This document shows positions 39,060 through 48,885 of a stretch of DNA of 64,000 bases, piece by piece. Position 1 is the first letter of the stretch, and each line of letters opens with the position of its first letter. This DNA is from a virus (taxonomy: Duplodnaviria > Caudoviricetes). Where the stretch lies: IMG/VR virus record IMGVR_UViG_3300032281_000616, positions 64,001-128,000 of that record; one strand, 5' to 3'. A model generated the notes under the pieces. It worked only from the letters and a program-made list of their open reading frames with translations. It ran no database searches and had not been told where the DNA came from. Both the position numbers and the translations under genes were made by a program.

Positions 39060-39680
39060 ATGAGCAATTCTAAGAAAAAAGAACAACCCAAGTGGCTTAG
39101 ACATCCTAAATCTCAACAAGAGAAAAAGGAGTTTGGTAAAGCCAAGGAAGAGGGTGTCCCAGTAAGAGGAAAACGCAAACCAGCTAATTTAGGAAATTTG
39201 TATGACGATAAAGAAATTGGTAGCAATATCAAAAAACAAAATAAATCCAAAAAGCCTTCCAGAGATACTATTCGAAAAGGAGAAGAAGACGAACAATCAC
39301 TTTCTAAACAAATGAAGAAATCAGGAAAGGTCACATTCAAAGGACCCAACGTGAAGGATCGTAAAAAATTCGCTCCAGCGACTAAAGTAGAAACACCCAA
39401 AAAAGGTAAAGGTTCTTATAATAGAAAAAACAAGAATGATGAAGATGAAGAATCTAAATCCTGTTGGAAGGGTTACGTGAAAAAAGGAATGAAAAAGAAA
39501 GGTGATAGAAAAGTCCCTAACTGTGTAAAGGAGTCCTATGAGGAAAACGCAACTATACATAGATTTGTTAATTCCGTTCTTTCTAAAAATTATTCTAAAG
39601 CTGATGACTATCTTAAAAGGATAGTAGAACAAAAACTAGCTAAAAAAATTAAAGCTGAGTTAAATACACCATTATTTTAA
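39060..39680 (+). CDS. Basic modular prohead-locus protein (ArfA-like motif, CWKGY..VPNC motif, gp67-like helical end)
   Basis: Located between gp21 and gp22; contains KVETPKKGKGSYNRK; TAAATA-N5-ATG. Confidence 0.6.
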   Translation: MSNSKKKEQPKWLRHPKSQQEKKEFGKAKEEGVPVRGKRKPANLGNLYDDKEIGSNIKKQNKSKKPSRDTIRKGEEDEQSLSKQMKKSGKVTFKGPNVKDRKKFAPATKVETPKKGKGSYNRKNKNDEDEESKSCWKGYVKKGMKKKGDRKVPNCVKESYEENATIHRFVNSVLSKNYSKADDYLKRIVEQKLAKKIKAELNTPLF

Positions 39681-39701
39681 TACAAAAGACTAAATATATC
39701 T

Positions 39702-40598
39702 ATGAGCCTTAAAAATCTGTTTTCAGAAGATGTTCAAAAGATTCTAACCGAAGAATCTTTGAATGCCATTCAAGAAGCTTTTGATTCCAAAGTTGAACTT
39801 GCAGTAGAAGCTGCATTGATCGAACAGGATGATCAATATGCTGATAAACTAAAATCACTTATCACTGTGCTTGATAAAGATCGCACTAAGAAAATGAAGC
39901 GTCTGGTTGAAGCCGTTGATAAGAACAATGCATCTAAACTCGTTAAGGTAGTTAAACTTTATGAGCGTAAGATCAATAAGGACTTAGATAAAGGTGCTAA
40001 AAATTTCAAAAAACAAATCGTTGAAACTGTTGGACAATTCATTGACGCATACATCGCTGAAGCAGTCGATGCTCAAGATATTGCCCAAGCTGTTAAAAAC
40101 AAATCCGCTTATAATGTTCTTGAGAACATGAGAGCAGTTCTGGGTGTTGATGTTGCTATGGTCAATAATTCTATTAAAGGTGCTGTTCTAGATGGTAAAA
40201 ATAGAATCGATAAGTTAGAAGAAGAAAACAACTCACTCAAAGGTAAACTTAATAAGTTAACCGAATCTTATGAAAAGGTTCAGGTTAAGTCTCTTCTAGA
40301 AGAGAAAACTGCTAAACTACCAGAAACCAAAAAGAACTTTATCCGTAAAGCTCTAGATGGTAAATCTGTTAAGTTTATTAATGAAAACTTTGATTATACG
40401 CTTCGTCTATTTGAGAAACAAGAGAAAGAAAAACTTGTAACTCTTAAAGAAGAAGCAATCAATAATCGGTCTGTCAAGCCCGATGTGGTTCCTAGACAAA
40501 AAATTGTAGAAGAATCACTAAATAATAATGATGATAGCCATGGTGACATGTATATCTCAGAGCTTTCCAAAACTTGGGGGACCAAAAAAGTATCCTAA
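39702..40598 (+). CDS. gp22: Prohead scaffold protein (gp22)
   Basis: Acidic helical protein, LTEESLNAIQEAF; position between gp21 and gp23. Confidence 0.88.
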   Translation: MSLKNLFSEDVQKILTEESLNAIQEAFDSKVELAVEAALIEQDDQYADKLKSLITVLDKDRTKKMKRLVEAVDKNNASKLVKVVKLYERKINKDLDKGAKNFKKQIVETVGQFIDAYIAEAVDAQDIAQAVKNKSAYNVLENMRAVLGVDVAMVNNSIKGAVLDGKNRIDKLEEENNSLKGKLNKLTESYEKVQVKSLLEEKTAKLPETKKNFIRKALDGKSVKFINENFDYTLRLFEKQEKEKLVTLKEEAINNRSVKPDVVPRQKIVEESLNNNDDSHGDMYISELSKTWGTKKVS

Positions 40599-40666
40599 GT
40601 CTAAAAATCTCACAACGCTTATGAGGTCACAATGACCTGAACAAATATAGAAAGAAATAAAATTAT

Positions 40667-42142
40667 ATGAAAGAAATTCCACAAACTGGTAATGAAAGCA
40701 AAATTCAAGGGCTTGTTAGAAAATGGGCTAAGGTTCTAGATTACGAAAGTAATTCTATCCCAGCCATTCAAAACGAGCATGTCTATAAGACAACTGCGAT
40801 GCTATTAGAAAACCAAGAAAGATGGTGTATCGAAGAAGCTGGAAACTCTTCTGCTGGTATTTTCGGAGCTACTGCTGGGGCCAATGCAACACAAGGTCTT
40901 GTCAAAGCTGACGGATATGCTACTGGAGACTCCCGCCTTCCTAAGATTCTCATTCCTATGATTCGTCGTACTTTCCCTGAACTTATCTCCAACGAGATTT
41001 GCGGTGTTCAACCTATGGGTGGTCCGGTTGGTCTAGCTTTCGCTCTGCGTTATGCATATCAATCAAACTTCCTAAATGAAACCGATCACGTTGGTCAAAC
41101 AAGTGTTGGAACTCGTGGCACAAACCCAGGTCTTGGATATGGTGGAAACGGTCCTACAAGTCCGTCTCTATCCACTGTCCCGTCCTCGGAACTTGGCTAT
41201 CAACTTCTTGATACTCGTTTTACTGGTGTTAGCTCTGCTGCCTTAAGTGGTCACGCAGAATGGGGCTTCAGTCTACAAGATACAGGTGTCGCACAACTAC
41301 TCGAAAACTACGAGAACACTGGTCGTATTCCACAAATCGAAATGAAGTTTGAAAAAACCTCAGTCGAAGCTGGAACTCGCAGACTTGCTACCCGTTGGTC
41401 TATCGAACTTGAACAAGATATCAAAAATATGCAAGGCATCGACATCGATGGCGAGCTTACTAATGCTATGTCTTATGAAATTCAAGCCGAAATCGACCGT
41501 GAAGTTGTTATGCGTATGATCCAAGCCGCGTTTAACGCTGGTTATGGTGCTGGTATCTCCATCTGGAGTCCAGTAAGTGCTGATGGTCGTTGGACTGCTG
41601 AACGTAATCTTACATTCTATCAACGTCTTGTAATCGAAGCTGGTCGTATGGCTGCTCGTAACCGTAGAGGTGCCGCTAACTTTGTTATCGCTACTCCTCG
41701 CGTTTGCAGTATCCTCGAAATGCTTCCTGACTTCAAGGTATACGAAATCAATGGCACAGTTTCTACTGCTGGTGTTGGTATCGCTAAAGTTGGTACTGTT
41801 GGATCTCGTTTCACCGTTTATCGTGACACTCGTACCGAGACACAGAACTCAACTCTATACGGAGACAATGGATATCGTCCAACTCGCACTGATGCAGTCG
41901 AGTATTGCTTGATGGGTTATAAAGGTTCTGAGTATTATGATACGGGAATAATCTATTGTCCATATATTCCAATCATGGTTCAAAGAGCTATCGATCCTGT
42001 TAACTTCACACCTCGCGTTGGTCTAATGACCCGTTACGGTATCGTTAACAACATCTTCGGTGCAAATCTTTATTACCATATTATTGTAGTCAAGGGACTA
42101 GGCGTTGCGTTTACACCCGGAAGTACTAGCGTGTATTTGTAA
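40667..42142 (+). CDS. gp23: Major capsid protein (gp23)
   Basis: RRTFPELISNEICGVQPMGGPVGLAF, EIQAEIDRE, YCPYIP, FTPRVGLMTRYG. Confidence 0.98.
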   Translation: MKEIPQTGNESKIQGLVRKWAKVLDYESNSIPAIQNEHVYKTTAMLLENQERWCIEEAGNSSAGIFGATAGANATQGLVKADGYATGDSRLPKILIPMIRRTFPELISNEICGVQPMGGPVGLAFALRYAYQSNFLNETDHVGQTSVGTRGTNPGLGYGGNGPTSPSLSTVPSSELGYQLLDTRFTGVSSAALSGHAEWGFSLQDTGVAQLLENYENTGRIPQIEMKFEKTSVEAGTRRLATRWSIELEQDIKNMQGIDIDGELTNAMSYEIQAEIDREVVMRMIQAAFNAGYGAGISIWSPVSADGRWTAERNLTFYQRLVIEAGRMAARNRRGAANFVIATPRVCSILEMLPDFKVYEINGTVSTAGVGIAKVGTVGSRFTVYRDTRTETQNSTLYGDNGYRPTRTDAVEYCLMGYKGSEYYDTGIIYCPYIPIMVQRAIDPVNFTPRVGLMTRYGIVNNIFGANLYYHIIVVKGLGVAFTPGSTSVYL

Positions 42143-42191
42143 GTCATTACAAATCAACTAGTTACAGCCTAGTAACAATACGAATCAAATT

Positions 42192-42226
42192 GAAACCAGA
42201 GGAACCGAAGATCCTCTGGTTTCTTC
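42192..42226 (+). terminator. Rho-independent terminator after gp23
   Basis: GAAACCAGAGGA / TCCTCTGGTTTC stem. Confidence 0.75.
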
Positions 42227-42279
42227 GTGTCTGGAACGATATTTGTTGACATTTTAGGAGCATATGGTTAAATACTCTT

Positions 42280-43851
42280 ATGACAGATATCGACATCAAA
42301 GACAAACTTCTAAAAGTATCCAAGGAACAATACAAAGGATCTCTAAGATTTTTTAAACCAAAGCTTACTGAATTAATCATCGGTAAGGAAGCTCTGGATC
42401 ATATCAAAAAAAGAATAGACACTAAACTACAAAAATCACACACATTAATGCTGTATTGTTATCTGAATGATATTTATGAAACACCTAAATGTGTCTGTGG
42501 ATTTGATACAAAATTTAATACTACCACGAAGGAGTTTATGAAGTATTGTAGTAATAAATGTAGATTTGATAATTTCTCTGAGGTGGTGGAAGTCAGAAAG
42601 CAATCAAACTTAGAAAAATATGGAACAAGTAATTATCTTGCTAGTGAAGAGGGTAAGAGAAAAATAAAAGATTCTAATATTGAAAAATATGGTGTATCAA
42701 ACTACACACAGACTGATGAATATAAAGAGAGTGTTAGAGGGAAAAAGAATTCTCCTGAACAAATCCTTAAAACAAAAGAGGCGCATCTAAAAAGATCATA
42801 TACCAATCTTATTAAAAAATTTACCCACTGTAAACCTCTTTTCTCATTAGAAGAATTCGGTGGAGTGAGAGGATATAAACAATATCCTTGGTCATGTAAT
42901 AAATGTAAATCTAGTTTTATATCCTCATGTGATAATGGAAGTTCTCCTATATGTAATTATTGCGAACCTACAGGATCTAAACATGAAGTTGTTTGTAAAG
43001 AATTGCTAGAATCATTAGAGGTGGATTACAAATATCGATACAGAAAGCTACCATCTGGTAAAGAAATAGATCTATTTGTTCCAGATAAAATGTTTGGAAT
43101 AGAACTATGTGGGTTATATTGGCACTCTACCGCTGGTCCTAGTTACGCAAAACCAAATCATGTTAATAAACTAAACGAATGCGAAGAGAATGGAATAAAA
43201 TTATTTACAATATTTGATGATGAAATGTATAATCCAGTAAAGAAACGAATAGTTTTAAATAAAATTAAAAATTCAGTTGGACAAAACAAGAGAAAAATAC
43301 ACGCCAGAAAATGTAAAATAATTGAATTGGATTCGAATATATGTAGTAAATTTTTGGAAAAATATCACATTCAAGGTGCTATAGGTTCCTCTTATAAATA
43401 CGGTTTAACATATAAAAATAGGCTCGTTGCAGTAATGACATTTAATAAAGGAAGAACTTCAACTGGACACAAACCCGTAGAGGGGGAATGGGAACTTGGT
43501 AGATATTGTACGATCTTTAATTTTAATGTAGTTGGTGGTGCGAGTAAATTATTAGCTCATTTTATAAAAAATATAAACCCCACTAAAATCTATTCATATG
43601 CTGATCGAAGATGGAGTAATGGTGATATGTATAATAAAATAGGCTTCACTTTTGTTAAAAATACTACACCAAACTATTGGTATACTAAAACGTTCAAAAC
43701 TAGAGAACACAGAGTCAAATTTCAAAAGCATAAGCTAGTTGATATGCCTTCTTACGATGAGTCTCTGACAGAAGAAGAAATAATGAAAAGAGAAAAATAT
43801 TTTAAGATTTGGGATTGTGGGTCAAAACTTTATGAGTGGACTAAATTTTAA
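42280..43851 (+). mobile_element. Putative homing endonuclease (EKYG repeats, zinc ribbon, PD-(D/E)xK-type domain, Hef-like C-terminus)
   Basis: LEKYG repeats, EIDLFVP..FGIELCGLYWHS, ARKC, VVGGASKL, IWDCG. Confidence 0.8.
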
Positions 43852-43868
43852 CCTCCCCCATATATCCA

Positions 43869-43937
43869 ATGAAAAATGAAAAATATTTTAAGATTTGGGA
43901 TTGTGGTAGTAAATTATACGAATTGAATAATTACTAA
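43869..43937 (+). pseudogene. Duplicated 3' end of the upstream endonuclease (MKNEKYFKIWDCGSKLYELNNY*)
   Basis: First 38 nt are 36/38 identical to 43783-43820. Confidence 0.85.
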
Positions 43938-43946
43938 ATATTTAAT

Positions 43947-44468
43947 ATGAAGTTTGATCAGTTATTTACTATATTTGAAAGTTTGGATAACCCATACCCA
44001 TGGAAGAATACATTTAAAACATCGCAAGTGATCGATGATTGGGATGATGATGGAGAAGAATATCCCAAAGATGTATTAGACCCTGTTCAAATGATTCATT
44101 TTAAGACTGAAAATGGAACACCGTATATGTGGTATGCTAGGCAAAATAGATATAATGATACATACTGGGAAATAGCTTTTGGAATGATCAAAGGTCAAAG
44201 AGAAAATGGTGAATATCAATTGGATATTGAAAAGACTGGAACCGGGAATGCATTTAGAATCTTTGCAACAATTATAGATATAACAAATTCTTTCATAGAT
44301 TATGATGGTGATAATTATGATGTTAGAGTATTAACTATATCATCTAAGGGGAATAATCGAACCTCTTTATATAAAAAATATTTAATTCCCAAAATAGAAG
44401 GATTTGATATATCACATGAACAAAATAATGGAGATGAAACCGAACTCCACCTAAGCAGAAATTTTTAA
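43947..44468 (+). CDS. hypothetical protein
   Basis: 173 aa ORF with a TGTGNAFRIFATI motif; TAAATA upstream. Confidence 0.75.
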   Translation: MKFDQLFTIFESLDNPYPWKNTFKTSQVIDDWDDDGEEYPKDVLDPVQMIHFKTENGTPYMWYARQNRYNDTYWEIAFGMIKGQRENGEYQLDIEKTGTGNAFRIFATIIDITNSFIDYDGDNYDVRVLTISSKGNNRTSLYKKYLIPKIEGFDISHEQNNGDETELHLSRNF

Positions 44469-44514
44469 CTATTTAATATATTGTGAAATATTCCCAATTT
44501 GACTAAATAATAAT

Positions 44515-44964
44515 ATGGCTAATTATATTTTTCAGACAAATCTTTTATCTGCCGCTAAAACAGGATTCCCACCATTAGTGGGAACATCATTATCAGCTAC
44601 TGGCGTATCTTTTCTTTCTGGTGCTGGTGTAGTATTTGCATCCAGAAATGTGGGTATTGTTTCTCTATCGACTGATGACGTTGGTATTGCATTTAATCCA
44701 GTTACTCTCACTATTGCAACCAGTTCTCTACCAACATTCAATCTTACAGCTTATCCATCGGTCACAGTCAATGTTGCTGGATCTGTCTTTAATATCCCAG
44801 CTAATTTAACAACATCAAATTTCGCTGTGGTTAAAACGACTCCCGGTGATTACACAGTATTTCCTTGGTTATCTACAACCACAACTGTTCCAACATCTGC
44901 TCTATCAGCCACTCATGAAGTATCTACACAAGATTCTCGTCGTAAGCGTCTATTGGGTTATTAA
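44515..44964 (+). CDS. Ser/Thr-rich late (probably virion) protein
   Basis: TAAATA-N5-ATG; beta-strand-rich composition. Confidence 0.7.
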   Translation: MANYIFQTNLLSAAKTGFPPLVGTSLSATGVSFLSGAGVVFASRNVGIVSLSTDDVGIAFNPVTLTIATSSLPTFNLTAYPSVTVNVAGSVFNIPANLTTSNFAVVKTTPGDYTVFPWLSTTTTVPTSALSATHEVSTQDSRRKRLLGY

Positions 44965-44971
44965 TTCTCGT

Positions 44972-45023
44972 TGTTTGTTATCATAGCTAAAACCTTTCAG
45001 GTGAAATTCTGAAAGGTTTTTTT
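44972..45023 (+). terminator. Rho-independent terminator, copy 1 of a ~50 bp direct repeat
   Basis: AAAACCTTTCAG / CTGAAAGGTTTT stem plus T tract. Confidence 0.85.
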
Positions 45024-45060
45024 GTTGACAATGAACGTCATAAAATTAAATATGAGTGAT

Positions 45061-45549
45061 ATGTATAAAGAAGAAATTGAAAAATTCGAAGCAGAATTAC
45101 AAAAAATTCCCGAGTCACATAAACAGAATGTGATCAATTTATTTACACAAAATGTGGCGGGCCTAAAAAAACTGGATGAATTTAAAAAGAATTTATCATT
45201 GCCAATTCGACACAAGATCGATACGTCTATGTTGCTTTGTAGAAATTATAGAAAACTTAAACAACATTTGAAAGTAGAAGATTATGTATACGGTCTTTAT
45301 TTTAAAAATCTATCGGATTTGAAAAAATTCGCTAGAAAAAATAGAGCCATTATTCAACAAATCGAACGATTGAAATATGATGATAATTATACCGATTCCC
45401 CACACAAGGAATCGTGGTATCAGATTTATTATTTTAAAAATACAAACATTTTTAATTACTATTTACAGTACCTCCCATTCTTCAAAAAAAAGGATAAAGA
45501 TGATTACGTTCCTAAAAGATTCCCAAAAAATACCATTCCTTATAAATAA
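45061..45549 (+). CDS. hypothetical protein flanked by duplicated terminators (start 45052 or 45061)
   Basis: ORF preceded by TTGACA-N16-TAAATA. Confidence 0.65.
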   Translation: MYKEEIEKFEAELQKIPESHKQNVINLFTQNVAGLKKLDEFKKNLSLPIRHKIDTSMLLCRNYRKLKQHLKVEDYVYGLYFKNLSDLKKFARKNRAIIQQIERLKYDDNYTDSPHKESWYQIYYFKNTNIFNYYLQYLPFFKKKDKDDYVPKRFPKNTIPYK

Positions 45550-45558
45550 GGATATAGA

Positions 45559-45610
45559 TGTTTGTTATCATAGCTAAAAACCTTTCGGGAGGAATTCTGA
45601 AAGGTTTTTC
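45559..45610 (+). terminator. Rho-independent terminator, copy 2 of the ~50 bp direct repeat
   Basis: TGTTTGTTATCATAGCTAAAA(A)CCTTTC...AATTCTGAAAGGTTTTT, as at 44972. Confidence 0.85.
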
Positions 45611-45708
45611 TTATTAAATACTATTATCAGAAGAAATTAAAGAAAAATGAGACAAGCTAGACTAAAAAGACGCATTAATAAATCTTCAACAATAGAAACA
45701 CCAAACCC

Positions 45709-46446
45709 GTGTTTGTGAGAGGTAGTGGTAGTGGTCAAGAGTATAAAAGGGTTGATATTAAACCATATAGGGGAATTGTAGTAAAAACAAACGATCCTCT
45801 AGGGTTGAATCGTGTCAAAGTTTATATACCCGAGTTATCTAATCAACCATTTGATTCTTGGTTTGAGCAATATGATCAAATCCATGTTAAAGGTGTTGGT
45901 GAAAATTTAAAAACATTATGGAATGATAAAGAGACTAATGGTGATTGGACAGATGTTGATATTTTTGAAAAGATAGCTCAAGCTATACCATGGGCTGAAC
46001 AATGCTCACCTATAGTTGGAGAATCTAATAATTTCAGATTTTATAAAGACGGTAAACTATGTGTTATATCGGATTGTAATTATGGGGAAGGATTTTCTAC
46101 TACAGAAATACCAACTTTATCCAGTGGTTCATTTTCTCCAGCTTTTCTGTATGAAAATTTTGGAACCCGATTAGGTGATGCTTTCTCGAACCCAATTTCA
46201 AATTTATCTGGTAAATGTAATCCATATTCGTTTTCGTATGCACCCTCTAAACATGTTAACAAAGGCAAAGGATTGTTTGGAATCCCAGAAGTTGGGTCAA
46301 AGGTTTGGGTATTTCATTACGAAGGAGATTCTAATTATCCTGTTTATTTCGGTAAATATCATGATTATAGAGAATTATCTCTTATCGATGATACAGATAA
46401 TATGAATATCCTAGGAGTCAAGAAATCCATAGACTTTGACAGTTGA
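45709..46446 (+). CDS. gp5: Baseplate hub/spike gp5-like protein, N-terminal OB-fold part
   Basis: YRGIVVKTNDPLGLNRVKVYIP...IPWA...GLFGIPEVGSKVWVFHYEGDSNYPVYFG. Confidence 0.8.
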   Translation: MFVRGSGSGQEYKRVDIKPYRGIVVKTNDPLGLNRVKVYIPELSNQPFDSWFEQYDQIHVKGVGENLKTLWNDKETNGDWTDVDIFEKIAQAIPWAEQCSPIVGESNNFRFYKDGKLCVISDCNYGEGFSTTEIPTLSSGSFSPAFLYENFGTRLGDAFSNPISNLSGKCNPYSFSYAPSKHVNKGKGLFGIPEVGSKVWVFHYEGDSNYPVYFGKYHDYRELSLIDDTDNMNILGVKKSIDFDS

Positions 46447-46462
46447 TATCTTAAATACTAAT

Positions 46463-48049
46463 ATGTCTCTTATATATAGGAACAAAACAATCTTGAATCA
46501 ACGTGGTGGATCTTTAGATATCGATAACACCACTGAACAAGAGAAGATAAAATTATCTCATAGATCTGGATCTAATATAAATTTTACCAATGTCGTAAAC
46601 TCGGAATTAGCTACAAATAATAAACAGACTAATGTAGTAAATGATATTTTTGAAACTTCTGGTGGTGATAAAACAGTTTATACCAATAAGGTTTCGACAA
46701 ATAGAGTTGGAGAAAATTCTTATACTTTAAAAGGATTTACTAATGAGTCTCAAATTCAAGCATTTGAAGATTGGAAAAATACTTATAGAGAAATAGCACT
46801 AAAGAATTCCGAATTTAAAACCACCAGAGGTGGATATAGTATTCCTAATGGAACAACTACAAATCTAAATGGAGAAAAATCAAAAAATCCAACCCTTGGT
46901 AATGATATTCTATCGGTTTCTAACACATTCACTGGATATAAGGGTATTCCTATAAGGAAAAGTGATAAGGATGAAGTGGTTGAATTCTCCAGAGTCTTAG
47001 ATTATAAAAAAACCAAACCAGCTACAAATAGAAAGTTAGATTCTAAACTTATAGAAAAATCCGCTGGTATATCTGGATCAAATGCTCCCGGTGTTGTCGA
47101 GTTTGGTGGTTCTGTATCTTCATCGACTGAAGGTGGAACATGGACATTGAATTCTATTAGTCTTGATAAGGATATTTTAGATATTCAAGATAAATTAACT
47201 CCAATAGAATCTAAAATGGGTAATGGTGGAGATGATATTAATTTTATTAAACGTCATAGATATGAACAAATCGGAGCGACCATAAACGATTATCCATCTA
47301 TAAGAATAGATGAAAAGGGTAGGAGTCAACCACTAGAGATGTTAATATCTACAATTGGTGCTTATAAAAATCACGATTATGTTCCTCATGTAGAGGAGAT
47401 AGATAACAGTTCTAATTTTCCATGTGGGAATGACGATAAAGTAGTAGGGAATAGAATCGCTAGAACGGTTGGCTCTGGTGGTATCAATTTAAAAACTACT
47501 GGACCTATGGAATTGGGTGGTGCTACTTTAAAGGCAGGATTCAAAAAAATAAATATAAACGCTTCTCATGGAGTTCAGATATCTTCTGAGAATGGATTGG
47601 AATTACAATCCTTAAAAACGATTGTGTTGAGAACAAACCGTCAGGTATATGTTGAGTCATCATTAGGAATTAATAAAAATTTGATCGTTGGTGGTGGTCA
47701 ATATGTAGAAGGAGAATTGTATTGTCAGCATATAACAGCACCTTTAGAGGTTCATCAGACCCAAGACACAACTGTATTGGGTAAATTCGCTACAGATGCT
47801 AATAGAAGATTAGTAATCAGTGAGACATTGATAGGTGGTCAATGGTATCCATCATATGCCTTAGCTGACGACGATCTTATTTTGAATTATCCCCACAGTC
47901 ACCATCATCACGGTATACCTATGAGGTTAACTACCAGTAATGAAATGGTGAGAGAATTCGCTCATAAAGAGGGTATGAATTCTCATGGAACAACGGTTCA
48001 ATCTTTACCTCAAATACACGAGAGAAAGTTAGCTCAAAAGTTAGTGTAA
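46463..48049 (+). CDS. Probable gp5/VgrG-like C-terminal beta-helix (spike) part
   Basis: IKLSHRSGSNI and repeated beta-strand units; TAAATA-N5-ATG at 46452-46465. Confidence 0.65.
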   Translation: MSLIYRNKTILNQRGGSLDIDNTTEQEKIKLSHRSGSNINFTNVVNSELATNNKQTNVVNDIFETSGGDKTVYTNKVSTNRVGENSYTLKGFTNESQIQAFEDWKNTYREIALKNSEFKTTRGGYSIPNGTTTNLNGEKSKNPTLGNDILSVSNTFTGYKGIPIRKSDKDEVVEFSRVLDYKKTKPATNRKLDSKLIEKSAGISGSNAPGVVEFGGSVSSSTEGGTWTLNSISLDKDILDIQDKLTPIESKMGNGGDDINFIKRHRYEQIGATINDYPSIRIDEKGRSQPLEMLISTIGAYKNHDYVPHVEEIDNSSNFPCGNDDKVVGNRIARTVGSGGINLKTTGPMELGGATLKAGFKKININASHGVQISSENGLELQSLKTIVLRTNRQVYVESSLGINKNLIVGGGQYVEGELYCQHITAPLEVHQTQDTTVLGKFATDANRRLVISETLIGGQWYPSYALADDDLILNYPHSHHHHGIPMRLTTSNEMVREFAHKEGMNSHGTTVQSLPQIHERKLAQKLV

Positions 48050-48050
48050 A

Positions 48051-48704
48051 CTATTTAATAGAATCCACAATACCGTAAGAAACGCATTCTTCTGAAGTAA
48101 GATAGATATCTTTAGTCATCAACTCATCCAATTTCTTCATGGGAATTTTTGTATTCTTCTTATAGAAGTCTTTTAGGAGCCTCATTAGCATTGTTGCTGA
48201 ATCCATACCTGCTTGCAGCTCTGCAAAGGTTCCATAAATTTCACTTGATAATTGATGAATTAGCATATGTGCGTGTCTTCCACAATATCTTTTTTTGCCC
48301 ACCGATGATATTAGAGTTCCAGCGGATGCTACTAAACCATCAGCATAAGTATATACATCTGATTTTAGATTTAGAATTGTGTCAACTGTAGAGAATGCTG
48401 CATAAATCTCACCTCCCGGTGTATTGATATGTAAATGAATGACTGGTAGATACTCATCACCTAGAGTGTTTTTTAGGTTTTGTAATTTTGTATCCAATTC
48501 CACCAAGACACGGTTTAATTCTAGGCAAGATTGTTCATCTATTTCACCATAGAAAAATAGTTTATTTTCTACGACTCTTATACCACAAGATGGTTGTTGA
48601 GCTTCCTGCGAATTTATAAATAAGGGAAATCCAGTAATTGTCTTCGAATCCTTTTCTTCTTCCTCTTCATCCGACATACGATGTCTCTTAGCTTTCCATC
48701 TCAT
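48051..48704 (-). CDS. clpP: ClpP-like serine protease
   Basis: LHINTPGGEIY, GLVASAGT (Ser), HMLIHQLS (His), YLTSEEC..YGIVD; start at 48704 or 48677. Confidence 0.9.
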   Translation of the reverse strand: MRWKAKRHRMSDEEEEEKDSKTITGFPLFINSQEAQQPSCGIRVVENKLFFYGEIDEQSCLELNRVLVELDTKLQNLKNTLGDEYLPVIHLHINTPGGEIYAAFSTVDTILNLKSDVYTYADGLVASAGTLISSVGKKRYCGRHAHMLIHQLSSEIYGTFAELQAGMDSATMLMRLLKDFYKKNTKIPMKKLDELMTKDIYLTSEECVSYGIVDSIK

Positions 48705-48885
48705 CTCTTTTAGATTTATCATAATTTTTAAAATAGTCAATAGGGAATTCGGTGATTCCGGTTTTTATAGCTTCTTGTATATAAGGATTACACATCCTAC
48801 ATTTATTGCATATGTTATTCAGAGACATATTATCAATCAATATATCCCTGAATGTTATATTATAACATATACATTTTGTGATCAT
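48688..48885 (-). CDS. Bfd-like small Cys-rich ([2Fe-2S]?) protein
   Basis: CxC near the N-terminus and CxxC (CICY...CNKCRMCNPYIQEAI). Confidence 0.5.
   Translation of the reverse strand: MITKCICYNITFRDILIDNMSLNNICNKCRMCNPYIQEAIKTGITEFPIDYFKNYDKSKRDEMES

Noticed and set aside
16128-45610. Near-identical repeat pairs as DGR template/variable repeats
   Set aside because: Differences are not adenine-specific, the pairs are short and tied to endonucleases or terminators, and no reverse transcriptase is in the window.
45615-45708. TAAATA-N5 followed by ATC and a 23 aa ORF upstream of gp5
   Set aside because: The context matches the late-promoter grammar, but no credible coding frame follows. 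It may be only the promoter for gp5.
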